Made by a program: the position numbers and the translations under genes. A stretch of DNA of 63,922 nucleotides, the filler included, from Octopus bimaculoides (taxonomy: Eukaryota), in the NCBI RefSeq assembly GCF_001194135.2. It is 5 parts of 5 records of this genome, joined end to end, with 100 filler letters (N's around TTAATTAATTAA, not from the genome) between each part and the next. Parts side by side here need not be neighbours in the genome. Positions count along the whole stretch, not along the records: positions 24,090 to 54,628 come from NC_069002.1; positions 54,729 to 60,072 come from NC_068982.1; positions 60,173 to 62,748 come from NW_026410814.1; positions 62,849 to 63,922 come from NW_026382412.1; 1 more part is not named here. One strand, written 5' to 3'. The first letter of the stretch is position 1. Each line of letters opens with the position of its first letter. The notes under the pieces were generated by a model. The model made no database searches, was not told the origin of the DNA, and saw only the letters and a list, made by a program, of their open reading frames with translations. This document shows, piece by piece, positions 53,411 to 63,922 of the stretch.

Positions 53411-54628
53411 ATATATATATTCCTGTCTGGCTTCAAATGGCCGAGGCGGTACCCATCATTTGAGGGGGCGAAATCATGTCTGATAGTCCGCTGTGACGTC
53501 GTTTGGAGATTGATGTGTCTTCACACAGAAAGTCTGCAGGGAAAACTTTGTTCACCGCAACAAAACCGCGCAGCGAATGTTATTCCCGTTGTAGTGTGTA
53601 GGGACGTGTTAATTACAAATGTACACCGCATCTCACATGCTCACACACACACACACACATACACACACACACACACTCTGTCTGTCTCTCTCTCTCTCTC
53701 TCTCATTCACACACTCATACACAAACACACATGCAGAACCATATAGGCAATGAGTGCTTGTGTGACACAAACACTGTAGAAAGATAGATAAGACGTGGGG
53801 TGGGGGAAAGATAAGAAGATAAAAAAAAATTAAAGATTGGGGAAGTATGCTGGGTGGGGGTAGAAGTTAGACCCAGAAAAAGCCAAATAAATCAATTAAT
53901 TACAGAGAGGGGGAGAGCCAGAGAGGGAGAATGAGAGGAGAGAAATAATTACAATAACAACAGGACTAACGAGAACATCAAGAGATGGATGGCAGCAAAA
54001 AAGACTGAGTCCTGAAAGAAAATATATATTATTTAGTAAATGTATTCCCGTTAATAAAGAACACTCGTTTCTCAAACCAAGAACAATAATCGCAAAAACA
54101 ACATCAGCAATTTTAAGAAATTAGGAAAAGAAAAGAAAAATAACGGCCACCTGTTGAACAGATTGTAGGTTTTGTGTGGGATGGTGACTCGATTCTCTTC
54201 CTCTTTGAGTTGGCTGTGAATGGTTAGGAGGATGGAGTGATGGTGAGAGACGGTGTGGTGGTGGTGGTGGTGGTGGGTGTACACAGATGGTACCGGTGGG
54301 TGTGGTTGATCACATGGATTGAGCGGGGAGTGTGGGAGGCGGAAGTGATTTTAGAAACTATATCTGAGTATGTTTGTCTTCTGCACATGTTTATATGTAT
54401 GTTTGTGTGTGTGTGTGTATTTTTGTGTATTTGTGCGTGTGCGTTTGTGTGTGTGCATGCGTGTGTTTGTGTGTGTGTGTATTTGCAAAAGTGCTTGTAC
54501 ATGTGTATGTGCAAAGAGAGAGAGAGAAAGGGGGAGAGCGATGCATTCACTCACTCACAGACACACACACACTCAAGCAAATACAGAAGACATACTCAGC
54601 TATAGTTATATATATATATATATATATA

Positions 54629-54728
54629 NNNNNNNNNNNNNNNNNNNNNNNNNNNNNNNNNNNNNNNNNNNNTTAATTAATTAANNNNNNNNNNNNNNNN
54701 NNNNNNNNNNNNNNNNNNNNNNNNNNNN
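54629..54728. other. Artificial scaffold linker N44-TTAATTAATTAA-N44
   Basis: Same 100-bp layout as 23990-24089. Confidence 0.93.
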
Positions 54729-54995
54729 GCAGCTGAGGAGTACATTTTCATTGTACATTCTGTGGTGTTCTCACCACATGAATAAATGGAGCTTGTACGA
54801 AGCGCACGTACTACTATAACCTATTGAATTTTTGTTGCTTATCTTCAAATTTTTATTCACCAAATCTCTTGATTTTGTTTTTGGTTTTTACCCTACCAAA
54901 TTCTGGTGCCTCAAACATTTTAAGTATCACATTTAATCTTTTGATTAAATCTATATTATTATATATAATATATGTATATATACGTATATATATAC

Positions 54996-55034
<39 letters not shown>

Positions 55035-55171
55035 TACGTATTTTTGTTAGTTATGCATGTGTGTATATATATATACATATATGTGTGTGTGTGTGTGTGT
55101 GTGCGCGCACGCGTTTGTGTGTGTGTGCGTGCGTCTATGTTTAGAGTGTTTGAAGTGATGTACAGATATTG

Positions 55172-55299
55172 TATATTAAGAAGGAGGCAGTCAGAATTTT
55201 GGATAATTCTTTATTAGCGCTTTCGTCCATTCTATCGAACTCTCCAAGATATATAAAGAATTATTCAAAATTCTGACTCCCTCCTTCTTCTTAATGCAT
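55172..55299 (-). ncRNA. Hairpin element (about 40-bp arms) with a degenerate hammerhead at its apex
   Basis: Arms attaagaa(gaa)ggagg(c/g)agtcagaattttg(g/a)ataattcttta. The apex on minus reads UUGGAGA-GUUC gauagaau GGAC-GAAA-GCGC-UA (55215-55247). Confidence 0.5.
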
Positions 55300-55384
55300 A
55301 TACGGGTTGGCATCGCTAAAACCTGACGTGTATAAATACAAACTTGTTACCAGTTCAAATCTACTTGAGACAAGCGTTAACACA

Positions 55385-55535
55385 CCGTTCTGTGTTGAAA
55401 TTTCGCCGGGGTCGACTTTACCTTTCATCCTTTCGGGGTCGATAAAGTAAGTACCAGTTGAGCATTGGTGTCAATGTAATTGACTTACCTCTTGCCCCAA
55501 AATTGCTGTTCTTGGGTCAAAATTTGGAACTGATA
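55385..55535 (+). mobile_element. SINE family A, 3' part
   Basis: Consensus match. Confidence 0.8.
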
Positions 55536-56129
55536 TTTAATTGCTCGTGGTAGGCTTAGCTTCGTTATCCATGTTATGAATTTCCTTTCTTTTAGGTGTG
55601 CTTCTTATTTTCAAGCGTGTAGTATACCAAGATTACGTTTCGTTTTTGTTTTTATTTTGTTATCTTTTATTTCATATGAAATTATTTATTCTGTATTTAG
55701 TGTATCCTATATACGCTAATAAACTGTAGCCGTTATCTTCCTCTTTTCTTTTGAAATAATACATACGTTGGTATCATTTACTAGATTCTTAATTATGTGT
55801 TTTGTATGTACATATATTCATCAAATAATTAATTAAAATACCTGATGTTAGAGAGAGGTGTTCACTTTTATCACAACGATACTGTGTGCCTTCTGAGATA
55901 AATATAAAACATTGAGTTTTTAACTTTAGCGTCAACAAATTAGTCTGTATTATGTTGGTGCTTTTTGAGTCTGTATCATTGTCAAGAAACGGTGTATTCT
56001 CTTCTGCCTGCAAGGATTCTTCCAGCTCGAATAATAAAAATTCACTCAAATTTTGGCATAAGGTCAGTAATTATAGGGGGAAGGGATTAACCAATATCAT
56101 TGCCTCCAGCACATGACTGATACTTATTT

Positions 56130-56130
<1 letters not shown>

Positions 56131-56203
<73 letters not shown>
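56131..56203. repeat. (TAA)n, 5' flank of the R4/Dong element
   Basis: Seen directly. Confidence 0.97.
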
Positions 56204-56204
<1 letters not shown>

Positions 56205-59200
56205 TTCGGTTTAAATAATAACGTGGACGTACTCTAAGAAGCTCTCTCCACAAAACAAACTTAATCCAGTAGAATCGGTGCGATGGAAGGAAAACTTCAC
56301 GATACAACTATGGTAAAAGTCCTGTTAAAGCAAAGGAACTAAAACGGCCGAAAGAATTTTGTTACATGCAATGTCGTTTCTCTCTTAAATGCGTGATGTC
56401 TCAATGTGACATACGCGAGACGCCGAAACCAGAACCAGGAACCTTGGAACAACACACTAAGTACGTAAATTGAAATATCGCCTATACATGCAACTGTTCA
56501 TGCATCCATGTGCACATGCTAATATTGATAAGCAACACAAAAAATGCCTACACGGCACACGCAGAAAATAAAAGAAAAACACATGTCACGAGCGACGCCG
56601 TACCAAACAAAAACAAAGCAACTTCCCACGAACGAATATAAAACGGCGCAAATTAGGTACTCAGTTTAAAACACCACTAAGCATTTATAACCGGAAACAT
56701 AGCTACCAAAAAACAAAAAAAAGTAGAGGCGATTTTCGATCTATCGGCCTACGCTACGATAGATATTGACTCGAAGAACAAGGAAACGGTGTAATGTCAA
56801 AAAGTCAATCTTATCACCGTCAATGCTTTAATGACAAACCAAAACTCAAGCCGGATCGGTCATCGCCTGGGACAAGAACCGCGTTACCCGGTGGGGAACC
56901 AGACTGGGATCGAAAAGTCTGCTGCTGGAACAAACTCTATAAGAAAAGAAAAAAGAACAATTAGATTACCAGAACCAGGATAACCTTAGACCTGTAGTGA
57001 CACCATCTAAAGCAAAACAAATAAGATGGACTAGATAGGTTTGTAGAGTTGTATTGAAAGCTTTCTATACAGCCCAATTAAACCCAAACAATAACCACAT
57101 TGTACCAACATACACTTCATGGAGAAACTTAGTAGGCAACGAAGTACGCAGATATATAGACACAAATAAATTAAGTAATGTACGAAGAGAAATCATTAAG
57201 AATAAAAGGTTAACTGACGCTGAAATTAGCCAGATTAGGACACAAATATCCCACGGTAGACCAAATGAAAATATAAACAATGCAGATGAAATAGGTAACT
57301 GATGCACAGAATCCAGTGTACAAGCAGTACATCTCAACGAGAAAGCTGAAGAAAGAATAGCGAAGAACAGATATGCGGAAAAAGAGGAGAAAGTAGACCC
57401 ACCTGAAGAACACCAGAATAGATATGACACAGAATTTGAGGTGAATAATAATAAGAAAATCATAGAAGCAAAAGAAAACGTTATGAGAGAACTCAGCAAG
57501 ACTGAATTTACTGACATGATCAATAGAGAATCGCTACCAAAGCTCTCAAACAGCATAAAAAATAGCAACAGAAGCTCAAAAAGGTTTGTGAGAGGAATTC
57601 TTATGGAAGCAAATATCAATTACTCATAAATAAAATGATTGTAGAGAATTGCCGGAGCAACACGAAGAACTTGAGTATGACATGGATAGACTATAGGAAA
57701 GCGTTTGATAGTGTCACACATAATTGGCTACTCAAGGCTTTTGAGATATACAAGATCTCTCCTGTAGTCTCCAAATTCTTACAAAGTAGCATGGCCAAGT
57801 GGAATACACGTCTCCTTCTAAACCATAGTAATGGAATGAGCCAATCTAATAACACCAACACCAAACGAGGCATCTTTCAAGGCGACTTCCTCTCCCCATT
57901 ACTCTTTTACAAACGAATTAAATAACACCAGGTATGGGTTCAAAATGTATAATATTATAGCAAATCATCTGTTTTATATGGACGATCTGAAGCTGTTTTC
58001 TAGAAATGACGAAGAGCTAGTAGAGCTGTTAGACATCGAGATGGATTTTGGCCTTGATAAGTGTGCTAGAGCAACTTTTGTAAAAGGGAAGCTCAAGCAT
58101 ACAACTTCCATTGAGCTTGACCCAAAAGGAAGTTATAAATACCTGGGGATAAACGAAAGAAACTGTATACAACATGCTACTATGAAGGAAAAAATACGAA
58201 AGGAGTATTACAGAAGAATATGACTCATACTAAAAACTGAATCCAAGAAATCGCTTCGAAGCCATTAAAACCCCGGCACTTCCAATAGTCCAATACAGTT
58301 TTACCGTCATTAACTGGAATCTTATAGGGCCCCAACGCCTGGACAAGAAGACAAGAAAGCTACTAACACCTAAGAACATACACCGCCCAAAAGCAGACCT
58401 AGAAGTAATGGGGGGAAAAGGAATTACGCAGGTAGAACTGTACTTATCTAGTACAGAGGACTGGATGCTGCGGCTTGAGTGCAAACACAAAAGCAGTAAA
58501 AAATCAAATTCTGTTGTCAAGGAAGTTTGCAAATTTGCAAGGGAACTTGGCATTAACCCTGAATTAGATGAAGAACCTGAAACCATTGCCAAGAAAAAAA
58601 CCAAAACGGATCAAACAGACTGCAAAGAAGAACGGGTAGAAAGAAATTAAGGAGCGGTGGAGCCAGAAGCCTCTGCATGGACAGTATATATATTTCGAAG
58701 CCGAAATGCTGATTTAGATCAAGAAACAACCCATCAGTGGCTGAGAAGCTCAGGACTGAAAGCAGAGACTGAAACTTTCATATTTGCGGCACAAGACCAA
58801 AGATTGCTTACCAAAAACTACCAGGCTAACGTTCTTCAAAACGGTTCTGATCCTAAATGCAGATTCTGCGATAAGTTTGATGAAACAATAGTCCATCTCG
58901 GCTCGGGATGTCCTGTGCTGACATCAAATGAATACAAAAATAATCACCATAGAGTAGGACAGTATTTACATTGGAAAATATGTAAACACTACAAAATCAG
59001 CACTCCTGCTTACTGGTATGAACATCATCCTGAGCCAGTCGTTGAAGGAAAAAAATCACTATCCTCTGGGATTTCCAGTCAACACAGACTAATCCAGGCT
59101 AATCGACCAGAGAAGAAAATACTAGTAGACTAATAGATGTAAGTGTTCCTACTGATAAAAATATATTTGTAAAGGAATTTGACAAATTAAGTAAATATAA

Positions 59201-59389
59201 GGAGCTGGAAATTGAAATACAAAAGCTGTGGCATCTTAAAGCTAGAACTGTTCCTGTTATTGTGGGTGCCCTTGGTATGATAGGAAAGGGATGTCAAAAA
59301 CATCTAGATAATATCCCAGGAGAACCATGTCTCAGAGAAGCTGGGTGTGTCTCGGCGAGTGATTGTAACAACCACGCGGATTAAAAGTA

Positions 59390-59433
<44 letters not shown>
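56204..59433 (+). mobile_element. Decayed near-full-length R4/Dong-clade non-LTR retrotransposon (RT + CCHC + restriction-like endonuclease), (TAA)n tail
   Basis: Motifs WIDYRKAFDSV, RGIFQGDFLSPLLF, YMDD (57975-57986), WLRSSGLKAETE, CRFC...HLGSGC and KYKELEIEIQKLW..VPVIVGALG. Many stops, frameshifts and deletions. (TAA)n lies on both sides. The 5' boundary is uncertain; the ORF-like start is near 56794. Confidence 0.9.
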
Positions 59434-59434
<1 letters not shown>

Positions 59435-60012
59435 TACGGACATTAACAAACGTAACAAAACTACATTCGGTTCTATTACCTGTGTAATCAACACTGTATA
59501 GTTTGACATATAAATAACTCCCCAAACTTTGACAAAATATATACAACCTACAACACTCACATAATCTTTCTACAAATCACTAACCAATGAACGTATTATA
59601 TATCTCACAGAACAACCTATTCTACTCAACTATCTCCTATGAGGAGCCACACACTTCGTATTCTACTCAATCACCTCCCTACACTATGACAGGATTGACA
59701 CATACGATACGTCACAGTGTCACCAATCAATATAATAACACCACTTACATGGCATACATTCTATACACTCAGGGTCCCTAGGCTGTAAAAAGGTCCATCA
59801 ACAAACAAACGCTACATTAAATTTACATTTAAAAAAAAAACAAGGCAAATAGAAAACGCTGTAAAATGGATTTTACACACAAACATTTTATGCCCTCTCA
59901 AAGGACGATCTTCCATACATTTTTCACACTCACCAGCAATATAGAAGTGCACCTGGTGTTGAAGAAAAATACTCAAAGGAAATTACTGAAACTCTCTCGT
60001 TCTCTTTCCCCC

Positions 60013-60072
<60 letters not shown>

Positions 60073-60172
60073 NNNNNNNNNNNNNNNNNNNNNNNNNNNN
60101 NNNNNNNNNNNNNNNNTTAATTAATTAANNNNNNNNNNNNNNNNNNNNNNNNNNNNNNNNNNNNNNNNNNNN
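60073..60172. other. Artificial scaffold linker N44-TTAATTAATTAA-N44
   Basis: Same 100-bp layout as 23990-24089. Confidence 0.93.
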
Positions 60173-60200
60173 TATATATGTATACATATATATATATATA

Positions 60201-60233
<33 letters not shown>

Positions 60234-60970
60234 TGTATGTATGCATATATATATATAGATGTATGTATGTATATATATTATATTGTATGAACGAGACAAT
60301 TGATATCTCGCACTTGTCTTCGTATTCCAGCAGCAACCAAACCATATACAAAAAGAAAATACAAAACAAAAGAAACAACTACAAATAATCAACAACAAAT
60401 TAGTAAAGAAATAAAACAAAACAAAGACAAAACAAGAACATAAACATCACCACCACCATCACCACCACCACCGCGTCCACCACCACCACCACCACCACCG
60501 CCAACAACAACAGCAACATTTTTATCCAACAAACCTTGACTGTAGTCCAAAGTGTTGATTGGTCTGTTGTATTGTAATGTAAGAAACCGTTTGTGTAATA
60601 AGCTTTGTTGTAATAAAAGGAGTTTTGTGTTTTTTGTTGTTGTTGCTTTTTGTATGTCGTTGAATGTTTATTGTACAGTGGTGTGGGAGGTTATGGCTTA
60701 AAAGAAGTGTGATAATTTGGCCCAACCTTGTTGAGCGCGCGCGCAAGTGTGTATATATATATATATACATTATACGGACGCACACATATAAACACATATG
60801 CATACACAGACTCGTATGTGTGTAATACGTGTTCATATATAAGTGTATACACGTATGCGAATATATGAATTTATATATGCATATATATTTACGAATATGT
60901 ATATACACGCACGTATGTATATATATATTTGTACATTCATATATGTACATATATATGTTCATATATTTAT

Positions 60971-61018
<48 letters not shown>

Positions 61019-61137
61019 ACACGCACATATATATATACATATATATATATACATACATATATATTTATATGTATATATAGATATCTATATATGTATATAT
61101 AGATATCTATATATGTATATATAGATATCTATATATG

Positions 61138-61178
<41 letters not shown>

Positions 61179-61188
61179 NNNNNNNNNN

Positions 61189-61234
<46 letters not shown>

Positions 61235-61243
61235 TTATCTATG

Positions 61244-61291
<48 letters not shown>

Positions 61292-62748
61292 AGCATACAT
61301 ACATAATCGCACGCACACATATACATGAAGAGAACTGACATCAAAGCAAAATATTCGTCTTTGACTGTTTTAAGAAGTATTTCCAACGTATTCTTCACAG
61401 TTCGTTGCAGTCTTTTACCAAACGAACTCCAAGACTTTGAGATTTAGGCAAGAAAATTCCTAGAACATTTTCACTCCGTTCTAAATACAGTTATAGTGCT
61501 GTTGTGTTTCTTGTTATTATCTGATCCCGGCTTAGTTCAGATCGGACGCACATTAAGAATAGCGTCCTGCACTTAACAGTATGTTCTGCACGCAGATGGC
61601 AGCCTTAGGAAATTCTTTAATGTGAATACAATCAATTGCCTATTCTGAGTAATATATTTATACACAAATTTGAGACATAATAGCCAAATCTTTCTGATAT
61701 TGTAGCTAACTGTCTAAAGAAAAACACAGAAAAAACACCCCCAAAATAAATACAAAAACTATGTCTTGGGCAATATAATAGTTCACGTACAAAGAATGAA
61801 ATGTTTATGGTTGGAGCGCCTTTAATCATATGTCTACTCAATTGGACTTTAGTAGTTATGTGTTCCTTATACTTTGCTGAGAAGGTCGAATAAAAATGAA
61901 ACATGTCCCCTGCTTTTGCCAAAGATCTCGAGATTTAAACAAATCCTAATTCTTTCATAAAGTTACTTCGGTGTTGGTCGATCGAAACTTTGGCTATTAT
62001 ATCACCTTGAGAAAACTTTTAAGCCCTTTTAAAGCCCCAATTGTCTTTAACGTTAATGGATTTTTCTGTGTCATTAAGATTTTAAATTCATCTGATTAAG
62101 AATAATTGTCGACTCACCATATTGTATGGAGTCTTGCATTTAATTATATATACGTAATCATGACAAACGTATGATATTTTTATTAGAATAGGAAAAAACA
62201 AAAGAAAAGAATCAATTATAGATACAGGATGTGGTGAAGAAAATCATTAACATTAAGACGAATATTGTACAAGTTCCGGTGTTAGTTAATCTTAAGGATT
62301 TACTAAAAATTCTGTCGAAATCTACGTTTGGTTAAATTCTTCGTCGATAATGATATCACTGAGAAGGAACAAATCAAAAGTCGCCCCAAGAAAATGGAAA
62401 CAAAAAAAAAAAAAAATAAAAGAAGAAAAACTCACGTTGTCTGCAATATTGATATCTTAGCCAAATTCCCATTGGAACAGAATATTACTGGTCAGTAAAA
62501 TATTAGCAAATAGGAAAAAATCTTAAGTTTTTGTAATACCAGGTCCTGACTTCAGAAAAAATGAGCGGTACTTTTGGTACAATGCAATGGCTTCCAGTTC
62601 AAGCATTTGTATAACACTTGATGCCGAAATTAGGTATTAGCCTATCTAGAATTTTATATATATATATATATGTATATGTATATATGTATATATGTATGTA
62701 TATATGTATATATGTATACATACATATATATATATGTATATATATATA

Positions 62749-62848
62749 NNNNNNNNNNNNNNNNNNNNNNNNNNNNNNNNNNNNNNNNNNNNTTAATTAA
62801 TTAANNNNNNNNNNNNNNNNNNNNNNNNNNNNNNNNNNNNNNNNNNNN
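62749..62848. other. Artificial scaffold linker N44-TTAATTAATTAA-N44
   Basis: Same 100-bp layout as 23990-24089. Confidence 0.93.
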
Positions 62849-63922
62849 TATATACATATATATATATACATATATACATACATATATACATATATATAAT
62901 GTATATGTAATTTATATGTATATAAACATATATATAACATACATACACTCATATATTCATATAAAGATATTTCAAGAATTTCAACCTAAAACAGAACGAT
63001 AATCATGAAGATTCGAGAGAAAAGAGATTACCATGAAACGAACGGAAGATATTGTTACCATGAATCAGTTCAAATGTAAAATTGTTTCTTTTTTGTTGTT
63101 CGTTTTGCTTTATTCTTCGTTTTAGACTCGAAAAAAAAAAAAAAATAATAAAATGACCCTCTTGATTATTCCTTTTTTTTTGTTTTTTTTAAAAAAAGAC
63201 TTCCCTCAAGCAAAGAAATTCATGTAAAAAGGTCATAACGAAAATATATTAAAAAAAAAAAAGAAAAGAAATCCCGCAAACACACACACAACATTGAAAT
63301 GAAGAAAAGAAGCAGCAAAGAACACGAAAAGGAAAAGAAAAGAAAAAAAAGACAAAACAAAAACAATTCTATAACAAATACATAAAAAAAATCTCAGAGA
63401 CTAGATTTATTGAAATTATATTATACTGCGATTTAAAATTTCTATTTTAAGAGCCTATTTTAGTCCATTTACCTAGATATATATTAACAATCTGAAGTAT
63501 CTTAAAAAAAAATACAAAAAAAAACAAAAGAAAAGAAAATTATTACAATGAACATATAAACAAAACAAAATAAACAATATGAGATTGAACTGTACTTCAT
63601 ATATGGGGGAAAAATTTCAACCAAGAATTATAAAGAAATAAATAAAAAGTGTCTAATGAACTAATTTTGTCTTTGATTTCCAGCAACGGTGTTTAGAATT
63701 GAATTTCTTGTCTGTTTTATCAGAAAAAAAAATGCTCTTCCGTATATTTATATATGCTTACAAGCCAACATGTCTAAACACGCAGAGACACATTCACAAA
63801 CACAGTCGTGATTCCGTGCGTATGTGTTAAAATATATGTGTATATATGTATGTATTATATATATATATATATATATATGTTACATACATATATATAATAT
63901 ATACGTATACATATATGTTACA

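Noticed and set aside
55789-56049. Minus ORF MSEFLLFELEES... (also 61632-61922)
   Set aside because: No recognisable domain or consistent splice sites.
62436-62487. Minus-strand 52-nt exon candidate with GTGAGT donor
   Set aside because: The peptide IFCSNGNLAKISILQT is unrecognised and lies in a separate linker-bounded contig, so there is no support.

Overview
AT-rich, microsatellite-saturated animal genomic DNA with many N gaps. The repeat families (tRNA-headed SINEs with ATT tails, CORE-like SINEs, R4/Dong LINE) look like those of Octopus; this organism call is inference, not proven. Nearly all supplied ORFs are microsatellite or gap noise. The only host coding sequence I can support is two minus-strand exons (38567-38688, 31529-31602) of a cytosolic 5'-nucleotidase II (NT5C2-like) gene. 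Their coding lengths (101 and 74 nt) and intron phases match vertebrate NT5C2 as I recall it. The rest is transposon-derived: about 40 SINE copies, a decayed near-full-length R4/Dong LINE inside a (TAA)n tract, a split and inverted R4 fragment, an RTE relic, a mariner structure made of two left ends, and hAT, piggyBac and Tigger-like MITEs. The main unexplained signal is a dispersed set of short hairpin elements carrying type I minimal hammerhead ribozyme motifs. One (26377-26461, minus) has an intact core and all three stems. Four further elements are degenerate, including a 318-bp near-perfect palindrome with a motif in each arm. Most of these motifs lie on the NT5C2 sense strand. Four fixed 100-bp NNN-TTAATTAATTAA-NNN linkers are artificial joins, so order and orientation across them are uncertain. 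Coordinates of degenerate repeats are approximate.
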